From: an uncultured Clostridia bacterium
Lineage (GTDB): Bacteria; Bacillota; Clostridia; Oscillospirales; Oscillospiraceae
Direction of reading: 5' to 3'
Assembly (NCBI GenBank): GCA_947169005.1
Contig: CAMVOG010000001.1
Span: forward strand, 1 to 34,754
DNA: 34,754 bases
In this document: positions 1-7,700 of the stretch, in pieces
How the letters are laid out: the number at the start of each line of letters is the position of its first letter
Numbering within the stretch: position 1 is the first letter of the stretch
Program-made: the position numbers and the translations under genes
Notes under the pieces: model-generated
Databases searched by the model: none
The model's input: only the letters and a program-made list of their open reading frames with translations
Told to the model about the DNA's origin: nothing

Positions 1-72
1 TACGCGCAGCGCTTCGTCCAGAAGCGCCTCGTCCAGCTCGTTCATGCTGTCAAACAGGTCCTTTCCCGTCAT
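1..72 (-). CDS. Partial gene (5' end only) translationally coupled to the sigma factor; probable anti-sigma or regulatory partner
   Basis: ATG at 72..70 overlaps the sigma-factor TGA at 71..69 (ATGA). It reads MTGKDLFDSMNELDEALLDEALRV and runs off the window edge. Confidence 0.45.
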   Translation of the reverse strand, partial: MTGKDLFDSMNELDEALLDEALRV

Positions 73-623
73 AAGGAAAATCCCTCCTTTTCCAGATAGC
101 TCCGCAGCTTGTTCCGGCTGCGGAAGAGGCTGCTTTTCGCCTTGCTTTCGCTGAGCCCCAGGGCGGCGGCCGCCTCCCGCAGGCTCTCGCAGAGGAAGTA
201 GCGGCGGGCGAAGAGGGCCCGGTCCGTCTCCGGCAGGGTCCGCAGAAAGGCGCTGAGGGTCCGGCCCAGCTCCCGGGCCTCAAAGACCCGGTCCGCCAGC
301 GGGTCCGGCACGCAGGCGTCCAGCTCCGCCGTCCACTCGGTCAGCGCGGCGCTCCGCTTCTCCGCCCCGGCCCGTTCCAGGCGGCCCAGGGCCAGGTTGC
401 GGCAGACCTTCGCCAGCCAGGGGAAGAAGCGGGCGGGACGCTGGGGCGGGATATGCTCCCAGGCCCGCAGATAGGTGTCGTTCTCACACTCCTCCGCGTC
501 CTCCGGGCTTTTCACGATATTTTCCGCCAGCCGCCGCAGGCGCGGGCCATAGGCCTCCCGCGTCCGGGCCACGGCCTCCTCGTCCCGCCGCCAATACAGC
601 TCGATGATGGCGCTGTCCTCCAT
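69..623 (-). CDS. ECF-type sigma-70 family RNA polymerase sigma factor
   Basis: 184 aa with region-2-like 'DAEECENDTYLRAWEHI' and a region-4 HTH 'ESLREAAAALGLSESKAKSSLFRSRNKLR'. GGAGG lies upstream of ATG 623. Confidence 0.85.
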   Translation of the reverse strand: MEDSAIIELYWRRDEEAVARTREAYGPRLRRLAENIVKSPEDAEECENDTYLRAWEHIPPQRPARFFPWLAKVCRNLALGRLERAGAEKRSAALTEWTAELDACVPDPLADRVFEARELGRTLSAFLRTLPETDRALFARRYFLCESLREAAAALGLSESKAKSSLFRSRNKLRSYLEKEGFSL

Positions 624-736
624 GCCGTCGCCTCCTTTCCTTTGAGGTCCCTCACCCTATAAGACAGAAAAACGGGGCCAAAGGTTGCGCGGAAAAGGGA
701 AAAAAGAAAAGAGCGCCTCTCTGCGACTAAAAATAG

Positions 737-765
737 TTGCAAAGAGGCGATTCACGTGGTACACT
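737..765 (+). promoter_or_regulatory. Putative sigma-A promoter of hicAB
   Basis: TTGCAA (737..742), 17-nt spacer ending in TG, then TACACT (760..765), about 20 nt upstream of the hicA ATG. Confidence 0.45.
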
Positions 766-783
766 GTATTGGGAGTGATCGAA

Positions 784-1038
784 ATGGGCCAAAAAGAAAA
801 GCTGATCCGGAGGCTCTTGTCCGGCCCAAAGGATTTTACCTTTGAGGAGGCAGAAGAACTCTTGGGCTATTTCGGATACGCCCGATCCAACAAAGGAAAA
901 ACCAGCGGCTCGCGCGTGATGTTTGTTGGACAGGACCTTGCGCCGATCTTGCTGCACAAGCCGCATCCGCGCAAGGAGCTGTTGGATTATCAACTCAAGC
1001 AGTTGATCGATATTCTGACGGAGGAGGGACTGCTTTGA
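784..1038 (+). CDS. hicA: Type II toxin-antitoxin system HicA-family toxin
   Basis: 84 aa, 'KLIRRLLSGPKDFTFEEAEELLGYFGY...GSRVMF...LHKPHP...LLDYQLKQLIDILTEEGL', typical of the Firmicute HicA/YcfA variant. The internal ATG at 784 follows GGGAG. Confidence 0.8.
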   Translation: MGQKEKLIRRLLSGPKDFTFEEAEELLGYFGYARSNKGKTSGSRVMFVGQDLAPILLHKPHPRKELLDYQLKQLIDILTEEGLL

Positions 1039-1373
1039 ACAACACGATGGAATATAAGGGCTACCTCGGCAGCGTTGAATTTTCCGAGGAAGACGCCCTG
1101 TTTTATGGGAAAGTATTGGGTGTTCGCGCCTTGATCTCCTATGAGGGGCAGACGGCGCGGGAGCTGCTGGAGGACTTTCACGGCGCGGTGGACGATTATT
1201 TAGCCCTTTGCGCCGAAACCGGGACGGAGCCGGAGCGGGCCTACAAGGGCAGCTTTAATGTGCGTGTATCGCCAGAGCTTCATCGGGCCGCGGCCCGTTA
1301 TGCCGCCGCGCACCAGATGTCCCTGAACAGCTTTGTGGAAAGCGCTCTGCGTCAGTCCCTGTCCGCGCAGTAA
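1035..1373 (+). CDS. hicB: HicB-family antitoxin with C-terminal RHH-like DNA-binding tail
   Basis: The start (TTG 1035, or ATG 1047) overlaps the hicA stop. 'YKGYLGSVEFSEEDALFYGKV...' and 'FNVRVSPELHRAAARYAAAHQMSLNSFVESAL' fit HicB. Confidence 0.8.
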   Translation: MNNTMEYKGYLGSVEFSEEDALFYGKVLGVRALISYEGQTARELLEDFHGAVDDYLALCAETGTEPERAYKGSFNVRVSPELHRAAARYAAAHQMSLNSFVESALRQSLSAQ

Positions 1374-1388
1374 GCGGGAAAATGAATC

Positions 1389-1426
1389 GCCGCCCCGGTT
1401 TCGTTCCGGGGCGGCAATTATTTATT
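1389..1426. terminator. Bidirectional rho-independent terminator between convergent hicB and cinA
   Basis: 10-bp GC stem GCCGCCCCGG (1389..1398) / CCGGGGCGGC (1406..1415), flanked by an A/T-rich run. Confidence 0.6.
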
Positions 1427-2666
1427 CATTATCCCGCAGCCATCTGAGCAGCATATCAAAGGCGTGGTGGGCGGCGACGGTGCGCACCCGCTCCCGCTCC
1501 TTCCCGCAGCTCGTCCGGCGGCAGAGGGTGCCCGTCGGGGTGGCGAGGGCCACGTAGACGGTGCCCACCTCGTTGCCCCGCTCGTCCCGGTCCGGCCCGG
1601 CGACGCCCGTGGTGCTGAGGGCGAAGTCCGTGCCCAGGAGCTTTCGCGCTCCCTCGGCCATGGCCCGGGCCACGGGCTCCGAGACCGCGCCGTATTCGTC
1701 CAAAAGCGCCTGCGGCACCCCCAGGACTCCGGCCTTCACCTCGCTCCAGTAGGAGACGACGCCGCCCTTGAAAACGGCGGAGGCGCCGGGGATATCCGTC
1801 ATCCGCTTGGCGATGAGGCCCCCGGTGCAGGACTCGGCGGAGCAGAGGGTAAGGCCCCGCGCCTTCAAAAGCGGGAAGCAGGCGGCCTCCAGGCTCTCTA
1901 CGTCCAGGCCGTAGATCACGTCCCCCACGGCGGCGCGTACCTTTTCCAGCACCGGGGCCATGAGGGCCTCCGCCTCCGCCGTGCTTCCGGCCTTGGCCGT
2001 CACGCGCAGGCGGACCTCCCCGGTCTTGGCGTAGGGGGCCAGGGTGGGGTTTTCCAGGCTGTCCATCAGCTCCCGCAGACGTGCCTCCACGGCGCTCTCC
2101 CCCATGCCGAAGATCATGATATTGTGAGAATAAAGCCGCTCCTCCGACAGGGCCCGCAGATAGGGCACTGCGGAGAGCCGCAGCATGGCCCGCAGCTCCA
2201 CCGGGGGGCCGGGCAGCATGAGCACGCGGACCCCCTCCGCCTCAAAGGCGCAGCCGGGGGCCGTACCGCAGGAGTTTTCAAAGACGGTGCAGCCCTCGGG
2301 CAGCTCCGCCTGGCGCAGATTGTTTTCCGTCATCTCCCGGCCCATATCCCGGAAGCGGGCGCGGATCTTCTCCGCCTCCTCCGGGTGAAAAACGAGCTTT
2401 TTCCCGAAGGCCGCGGCCAGGGTCTGCTTGGTCAGGTCGTCGGTGGTAGGCCCCAGGCCCCCGGAGGTAATGAGAATGTCAGCCCGGCTCCGGGCGATCT
2501 CCACCGCCGCCCGCAGGCGGGCGGGATTGTCCCCCACCACCGTGTGGTAATAGGTGTCGATGCCCAGCTCGGACAGGGCGGCGGCGATGTCCGCCGCGTC
2601 CGTATTCACGATGTTGCCCAGAAGGATCTCCGTCCCCACGGACAGGATCTCCGCCGTGTGCTTCAT
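1422..2666 (-). CDS. cinA: CinA-family competence/damage-inducible protein (NMN deamidase type)
   Basis: 414 aa. The N-terminal MoCF-type domain has 'ILSVGTEILLGNIVNTD'; the C-terminal CinA/PncC domain has 'SAESCTGGLIA'. Confidence 0.9.
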   Translation of the reverse strand: MKHTAEILSVGTEILLGNIVNTDAADIAAALSELGIDTYYHTVVGDNPARLRAAVEIARSRADILITSGGLGPTTDDLTKQTLAAAFGKKLVFHPEEAEKIRARFRDMGREMTENNLRQAELPEGCTVFENSCGTAPGCAFEAEGVRVLMLPGPPVELRAMLRLSAVPYLRALSEERLYSHNIMIFGMGESAVEARLRELMDSLENPTLAPYAKTGEVRLRVTAKAGSTAEAEALMAPVLEKVRAAVGDVIYGLDVESLEAACFPLLKARGLTLCSAESCTGGLIAKRMTDIPGASAVFKGGVVSYWSEVKAGVLGVPQALLDEYGAVSEPVARAMAEGARKLLGTDFALSTTGVAGPDRDERGNEVGTVYVALATPTGTLCRRTSCGKERERVRTVAAHHAFDMLLRWLRDNE

Positions 2667-2678
2667 GGCCGTGCCTCC

Positions 2679-3848
2679 TCAGAAAATTTTGATATGCTCC
2701 ACGCCCTTCACGGCCTCCTCGATGAGGGCCGCGCAGTCCAGAGCCTTTTCCGCCTCCTCCACCTCGGCCAGATTGGGCTTCGTGCGGGGGCGGCGGGGGG
2801 TAAAGACGGTGCAGCAGTCCTCATAGGGCAGGATGGAGGTGTCGAAGGTGCCGATGCGCCGGGCGACGGTGACGATCTCCTCCTTATCCATGCCGATGAG
2901 GGGGCGCAGCACGGGCAGGCTCAGCCCCGCCCCGGTGACGGCCAGGGCCTGCATGGTCTGGCTGGCCACCTGGCCCAGATTCTCCCCGGTGATGAGGGCG
3001 CCGCAGCCGTTGTCCAGGGCCAGGCGCTCGGAAATCTTCATCATAAAGCGGCGCATGATGACAGTGAACAGCTCCTCGGGGCACTTCTCCCGAATTTCCT
3101 CCTGGATGTGGGTGAAGGGCACCACCGCCACGGTCATGCGCCCGCACCAGTCGGTGAGCTCCTTCGCCAGGTCCAGCACCTTCTGCTTCGCCAGCTCGGA
3201 GGTGTAGGGGAAGGAGAAGAAGTGGACGGGCAGCACCACCACGCCCCGCTTGGCCATCATCCAGGTAGACACGGGGCTGTCGATACCGCCGGAAAGCAGG
3301 CTCACGGCCTTGCCGCCCACGCCCACGGGCAGACCGCCCGCGGCGGGCACGGCGTTGGCGTGAACGTAGGCCGCGTAGTCGCGCACCTCCACGTTCACGA
3401 TCAGCTCCGGCTCGTGCATATCCGCTTTAAGGTGGGGAAAGGCGTCGTGCAGCTCGCCGCCCACGTACTGGGAGAGGGCGATGCTGCTCATGGGAAAGGT
3501 CTTGTCCGAGCGCTTGGACTCCACCTTGAAGCTCTTTGCCGCCAGCAGCCGGTCCCGCAGATACTCCTTGGCCGTGGCTAAAATGGCGTCCTTGTCCTTC
3601 TCACAGGCGGCGGCCCGGGCCAGGGCGATGACGCCAAAGGTCTTTTTCATGGCCTCCTCGGCGGCGTCCATGTCGATGCCGTCCTCCAGGGGCTCGGCGT
3701 AGATGGTGGACTGCACCGAATACACCCGGAAGCGCCCGATGCGCGCCAGCCGCCGGTTGACGTTGGCGATGAGCTTCTGCTCGAAATACTTGCGGTTCAG
3801 TCCCTTGAGGACGATCTCGCCCTGCTTGAGTAGTAAAATGTCGTTCAT
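2679..3848 (-). CDS. thiI: tRNA 4-thiouridine(8) synthase ThiI
   Basis: 389 aa, N-terminus 'LLLKQGEIVLKGLNR', PP-loop 'LLSGGIDSPV'. It lies 12 nt upstream of cinA on the same strand. Confidence 0.9.
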   Translation of the reverse strand: MNDILLLKQGEIVLKGLNRKYFEQKLIANVNRRLARIGRFRVYSVQSTIYAEPLEDGIDMDAAEEAMKKTFGVIALARAAACEKDKDAILATAKEYLRDRLLAAKSFKVESKRSDKTFPMSSIALSQYVGGELHDAFPHLKADMHEPELIVNVEVRDYAAYVHANAVPAAGGLPVGVGGKAVSLLSGGIDSPVSTWMMAKRGVVVLPVHFFSFPYTSELAKQKVLDLAKELTDWCGRMTVAVVPFTHIQEEIREKCPEELFTVIMRRFMMKISERLALDNGCGALITGENLGQVASQTMQALAVTGAGLSLPVLRPLIGMDKEEIVTVARRIGTFDTSILPYEDCCTVFTPRRPRTKPNLAEVEEAEKALDCAALIEEAVKGVEHIKIF

Positions 3849-3930
3849 GTGTGGGCTCCAGTCTGTAGTCTATAGTTTTTAGCTATTTTACTCCCAAACG
3901 GGGCTGAACGCAAGAGAAAAAGGCGGGGGA

Positions 3931-3968
3931 AAACGCCCCACGGACCGCAATTGGGTCGTGGGGCGTTT
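3931..3968 (-). terminator. Terminator-like hairpin upstream of the thiI promoter region
   Basis: About 15-bp stem (one bulge), AAACGCCCCACGGACC / GGTCGTGGGGCGTTT. On the minus strand it is followed by TTTTCCCCCGCCTTTTT. Confidence 0.35.
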
Positions 3969-4017
3969 GGCGTATAAATAATTAATCATCTGCATATCGG
4001 TTTTGGCCAGCATGGTC

Positions 4018-4126
4018 GTAGGGGCGGCCTTTGGCCGCCTGCGTCCGCAGGACGCCAGCGCCGCCAGGCGCTGGAAATGAGCTTGCCGCGCCGAACCGCC
4101 GGCGGGCGCCCAAAGGGCGCCCCTAC
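4018..4126. repeat. GC-rich REP/MITE-like palindromic element of the 'GTAGGGGC' family
   Basis: 22-nt terminal inverted repeat, GTAGGGGCGGCCTTTGGCCGCC (4018..4039) versus GGCGCCCAAAGGGCGCCCCTAC (4105..4126). Each arm is itself a hairpin and further small GC hairpins lie between them. Confidence 0.6.
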
Positions 4127-4359
4127 GGGTTGGCGCGTTTTTTGAGCTTTGCTGAGTATACCCGATACGCAATTTAAATCATTTGCCTTTCTCAATCTCC
4201 ACACAGTAATCGCGAATATGGGCAAGCCTTTGTCTGTCACGCGGCAGCATAGAGCTTCACCCTTTCCGCGTATAATATAAACGATCTTACGGAAATAATC
4301 TACGGAAAAAAGCCAGTAGCCTGCGCTTCACAAATGTGGATAATGATAGATTTGGAGAA

Positions 4360-5205
4360 TTATGATCCAAGATTGATCCACAAAGCGGGGCGAACGCCGA
4401 CGCAAGGGTCGTAGACAACGTCGATGTTGCCCTCGACGCCGCCGTCTGGACCGACATACGCAGCAGTGAGGGAATAGACGCCGGGCGACCGCAGCCACCA
4501 CCTGCACGTGCCGTTGTAATCACTGATGTTAAAGCGCCCCTGCGCTATCGCATATTCTGTCGGCCAGCACTGCCGCTCCTCCTCATTCGACGCATAATAA
4601 TTCAGCGCCTCCGGGATGCTCAGTAGGAAGATTTTGTCGTTGACATCGTTGCCAGGGTCGGTATCCCACAGTGGGTTTTTATCCGCCGTCACCGTCACCG
4701 TCACCGTCGGGATCCTCGCCTGCTCCTCCGCTGTGAACGCCGCGTTCAGAAACTCGTCGTTCAGCCATTTGCGCAGCGAGCAAGTCTCCCAGGTCACAGC
4801 GGAATCGGAATGGTTATAACGCTGACAGTCCAGCGCATACCTGCTTACGACCAGCCCGCGGCTGCCATATCGCGCCAGCACCAGCCATTCGATCTTCTCC
4901 TTGCCGTTGGTACTATCGTTGTCCTGCTCGTAGTGCCCGAAGTGGATCACATCGCCGACCTGCGCGTCCGCATATTTTGCCGCTGCTTGTCCCGGTCCGC
5001 CCTTGGGAATAAGCGGTACAAGAACAAGGACTACGGCTGCGACGATCACGACAGCGGTAGCAATGATGCCGATCATTTTGTGACTCATTATGAAGGCAGA
5101 CTTGATTTCACTGCCATTATCATTCCCTGCGGCTAATACGCTGCCGCATTCAGGACAGACCTGAGACCCGTCAGGGATCTGTCTTCCGCATTTTCCGCAA
5201 TACAT
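4360..5205 (-). CDS. Zinc-ribbon / single-TM protein with an extracytoplasmic DUF6273-like domain
   Basis: 281 aa. 'MYCGKCGRQIPDGSQVCPECG' zinc ribbon, TM 'IGIIATAVVIVAAVVLVLVPLI', then 'IEWLVL...WWLRSPG...VRPALWI'. GGAGG lies 8 nt before the ATG. Local GC is low. Confidence 0.75.
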   Translation of the reverse strand: MYCGKCGRQIPDGSQVCPECGSVLAAGNDNGSEIKSAFIMSHKMIGIIATAVVIVAAVVLVLVPLIPKGGPGQAAAKYADAQVGDVIHFGHYEQDNDSTNGKEKIEWLVLARYGSRGLVVSRYALDCQRYNHSDSAVTWETCSLRKWLNDEFLNAAFTAEEQARIPTVTVTVTADKNPLWDTDPGNDVNDKIFLLSIPEALNYYASNEEERQCWPTEYAIAQGRFNISDYNGTCRWWLRSPGVYSLTAAYVGPDGGVEGNIDVVYDPCVGVRPALWINLGS

Positions 5206-5260
5206 ATTTCTAACCTCCTATAAAGTACTCGGCATAGTTATAAGCCAACTATTTGCTCAT

Positions 5261-5713
5261 TCAATCTGTGGAGTCCCTCAATTTCGTTCCGCAGGAAACG
5301 CAAAAAACGGTTTTGCCGTCGTATGAAGCGCCGCACTGAGGGCAGGTTTTTATTTCATCCCGCTCCATCTTTGCCCCGCAGGATGCGCAAAACGCAGAGC
5401 CGTTCGGAACATCTTCTCCGCAATTGGGGCATTTGGAAAATCCTTTGATTTGCTTGATTTGTCCCCTGCAATCAGTTATCTGCGTGTTCAACAAGTTGAT
5501 TTCAGAAATCAAGTCGAATTCCTCTGAAGAGGGGTCATCTTTGTGAGTCGCATAGAAGTTTAAGCCGATCGTATAACAACACTCCTTAATTCTCTTTTCT
5601 TTTTCAGAAATGGCGACGTTCAGTTTCACAATCTCTGTCAAGTTTTTGGTCTGCTTTGCGGCGGATTGCCCAACATCTGTAATACTTTTTCCGACCTTTT
5701 CAAAGAAAGACAT
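5261..5713 (-). CDS. Double zinc-ribbon protein with a coiled-coil N-terminal half
   Basis: 150 aa from ATG 5713 (TTG 5758 is an alternative start). 'CPNCGEDVPNGSAFCASCG' and 'CPQCGASYDGKTVFCVSCG'. Local GC is low. Confidence 0.7.
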   Translation of the reverse strand: MSFFEKVGKSITDVGQSAAKQTKNLTEIVKLNVAISEKEKRIKECCYTIGLNFYATHKDDPSSEEFDLISEINLLNTQITDCRGQIKQIKGFSKCPNCGEDVPNGSAFCASCGAKMERDEIKTCPQCGASYDGKTVFCVSCGTKLRDSTD

Positions 5714-5756
5714 AAAGACATAATTATTATCCTCACTTCTAAAAAACCTGAATAAC

Positions 5757-5793
5757 AATAACTGATATCAGACAATAACCAATATCAGTTATT
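5757..5793. promoter_or_regulatory. Candidate operator in the divergent promoter region
   Basis: Perfect 12-bp inverted repeat AATAACTGATAT (5757..5768) / ATATCAGTTATT (5782..5793). It lies between the zinc-ribbon gene and the XRE gene. Confidence 0.5.
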
Positions 5794-5847
5794 AGTGCTA
5801 TACACCATAATCGGTTATGATGCAAGAGAGAATTGGAGTTGATTTCA

Positions 5848-6051
5848 ATGATTTCTTACGCACGATTATGGGAGACGATGAAAGATCGCGGGATCACGCA
5901 ATATGCTCTGATACACAAATACGGCGTCAGTCCGTCGCAGATCACACGCTTAAAGCGAAACGAAAGCGTCAGCACCCACACGATAGACGTGTTTTGCGGT
6001 ATTCTCCACTGCCGCGTGGAAGAGATCATGGAGCATATCGAAGAAAAATGA
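5848..6051 (+). CDS. XRE-family helix-turn-helix transcriptional regulator
   Basis: 67 aa, 'ARLWETMKDRGITQYALIHKYGVSPSQITRLKRNESVSTHTIDVFCGIL'. GGAG lies 9 nt before ATG 5848. Confidence 0.8.
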   Translation: MISYARLWETMKDRGITQYALIHKYGVSPSQITRLKRNESVSTHTIDVFCGILHCRVEEIMEHIEEK

Positions 6052-6090
6052 CCTCCGCCGCCCGATGGGGCCGCGGAGGTCAGATTTTTT
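6050..6090 (+). terminator. Rho-independent terminator, also usable on the minus strand
   Basis: Stem GACCTCCGC (6050..6058) / GCGGAGGTC (6073..6081) followed by TTTTTT (6085..6090). On the minus strand it is followed by ATTTTTCTTC. Confidence 0.75.
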
Positions 6091-6142
6091 CGGCTTTATT
6101 GCCTCAACATTCCATTTTCAAAACCGATGCCTGTTGCGGTCT

Positions 6143-6222
6143 CCTGAGTACTGAGTACTGAGTCCTGAGTCCTGAGTGCTGGGTACTCCCCTGTTCCCTG
6201 TTCCCTGTTCCCTTGTTCCCTG
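6143..6222. repeat. Two adjacent heptanucleotide tandem arrays
   Basis: (CTGAGTN) x6 at 6143..6184, then (CCCTGTT) x5 with one 8-mer at 6188..6222. Confidence 0.8.
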
Positions 6223-6232
6223 TATTCTCCCT

Positions 6233-6260
6233 CTTGCATTTTCCCGGCACCCTGCTATAA
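6233..6260 (+). promoter_or_regulatory. Putative extended -10 sigma-A promoter of the antiporter gene
   Basis: TTGCAT (6233..6238), 16-nt spacer ending in TGC, then TATAAT (6255..6260). Confidence 0.45.
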
Positions 6261-6296
6261 TAAGGCGTTGTTCATATTAGAAAGAAGGCATTTTTC

Positions 6297-7583
6297 ATGA
6301 ATCTCTTTCTCGCCGCCGCGATCGCGCTGATTGCGGGGCTTCTGGTCACGCGGCTGACGAGCCGCCTGCGCCTGCCGGACGTGACGGCCTATCTGATCGC
6401 CGGGGTGCTGGTGGGCCCCTTCGTGCTGGGGCGGCTGGGCGTGCCCGGCCTGGGCTTCAACACCCTGGAGCAGGTGGGCGCCCTGGGCTTCATCCCCACC
6501 ACGGCCCTGGGCTTCATCGCCTTTACCATCGGCAACGAGTTCAAGCCCTCGGACCTGAAAAAGACCGGCAAAAAAATCCTCATCGTCGGCATCTTTGAGG
6601 GCGTGCTGACGAGCCTGGTGGTGGATGCGGTGCTGCTGCTGGCGACTCTCTTCCTCAAGGGCACCGTTTCCGTGGCCGGGGCCATCACCATGGGCGCCAT
6701 CGCCGCCGCCACGGCCCCCGCCGCCACCCTCATGGTGGTGCGCCAGTACAAGGCCAAGGGCGAGGTGGTGGACGTGCTGCTGCCCGTAGTGGCCCTGGAC
6801 GACGCGGTGGGCCTCGCGGTCTTCGCCGTCTCCTTCGGCATCGCCCGGGCCCTCTCGGGCGGCACCGTGGACATGATCTCCATCGCCCTGGAGCCCCTGC
6901 TGCAGATCGTGCTGAGCCTGGTGCTTGGCGCGGCGCTGGGGGAGGTCCTCACCCGGCTGGAGACCCTTTTCCACTCCAACCGCAACCGCACGGCCATGAT
7001 CGTGGGCTTCGTGCTGCTGACGGTGGCCCTTTCCATGCTGGAGTTCGACCTTGGCCCCGTCCACATCTCCTTCTCGGCCCTTCTCACCTGCATGGCCCTG
7101 GGCGTGGTGTTCTGCAACCGCTGCCCCCTGGCCGACGACATGATGGAGAAGGTGGACCGCTGGACCAGCCCCCTCTTCGCCCTCTTCTTCATCCTCAGCG
7201 GCGCGGCCCTGGACCTGAGTGTGTTCCAGAGCGTCGCCGTGGTGGGCATCGGCCTCATTTACATCCTCTTCCGCTGCGTGGGCAAGTACGCGGGCGCGTA
7301 CCTGGGCACCCGCATCACGGGCTACGGCCCCAAGGTCCGCCGCTGGCTGGGCATCACTCTCTTCCCCCAGGCGGGCGTGGCTCTGGGCATGAGCGTCACC
7401 GTCAGCTCCTGGGGCGCGGAGGGCGCGCTGATCCGCAGCATCATTCTCTTCGGCGTGCTGGTCTATGAGCTGGTGGGCCCGGTGATGACGAAATACGCCC
7501 TCACCCGCTCCGGCGACATTCAGCCCATGTCCCCCGAGGTGGCCAACCGCCGGGCCAACGCCCTGGCGGCGAAGAACAAATGA
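6297..7583 (+). CDS. Cation:proton antiporter (CPA family, Na+/H+ exchanger-like)
   Basis: 428 aa, hydrophobic throughout (about 12 TM). The N-terminus 'RLRLPDVTAYLIAGVLVGPFVLG' is typical of KefB/NapA-like transporters. No KTN domain is present. Confidence 0.85.
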   Translation: MNLFLAAAIALIAGLLVTRLTSRLRLPDVTAYLIAGVLVGPFVLGRLGVPGLGFNTLEQVGALGFIPTTALGFIAFTIGNEFKPSDLKKTGKKILIVGIFEGVLTSLVVDAVLLLATLFLKGTVSVAGAITMGAIAAATAPAATLMVVRQYKAKGEVVDVLLPVVALDDAVGLAVFAVSFGIARALSGGTVDMISIALEPLLQIVLSLVLGAALGEVLTRLETLFHSNRNRTAMIVGFVLLTVALSMLEFDLGPVHISFSALLTCMALGVVFCNRCPLADDMMEKVDRWTSPLFALFFILSGAALDLSVFQSVAVVGIGLIYILFRCVGKYAGAYLGTRITGYGPKVRRWLGITLFPQAGVALGMSVTVSSWGAEGALIRSIILFGVLVYELVGPVMTKYALTRSGDIQPMSPEVANRRANALAAKNK

Positions 7584-7589
7584 ATTTTT

Positions 7590-7632
7590 ACAGGCTCTGT
7601 CCGCTTTTTCTTGACAGGGCCTGTACTTTTTT
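7590..7632 (+). terminator. Rho-independent terminator of the antiporter gene
   Basis: 12-bp stem 7590..7601 / 7613..7624 (one G:U pair) followed by TTTTTT (7627..7632). Confidence 0.65.
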
Positions 7633-7639
7633 ATACAAT
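7611..7639 (+). promoter_or_regulatory. Putative sigma-A promoter of purA-guaA
   Basis: TTGACA (7611..7616), 17-nt spacer, TACAAT (7634..7639). The -35 hexamer overlaps the terminator loop and right arm. Confidence 0.5.
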
Positions 7640-7700
7640 ACCCCTGTGATTTAGTGTGATGAAGTATCGATGCTTCACGTGATCGAAAGGATGCGAGCCT

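Noticed and set aside
1464-3581. 705-aa plus-strand ORF spanning cinA and thiI
   Set aside because: It lies antisense to two well-supported genes. Its Arg/Gly/His/Ala/Pro-rich, low-complexity translation is typical of a high-GC shadow ORF, and it has no SD.
3888-4240. 84-94-aa ORFs overlapping the REP-like element
   Set aside because: They are generated by GC-rich palindromes, have no SD, and their translations are Arg/Pro/Ala-rich.
7640-7700. Purine riboswitch or PurR box upstream of purA
   Set aside because: The leader is only about 60 nt, and I see neither the conserved purine-riboswitch junction motifs nor a PurBox-like sequence.
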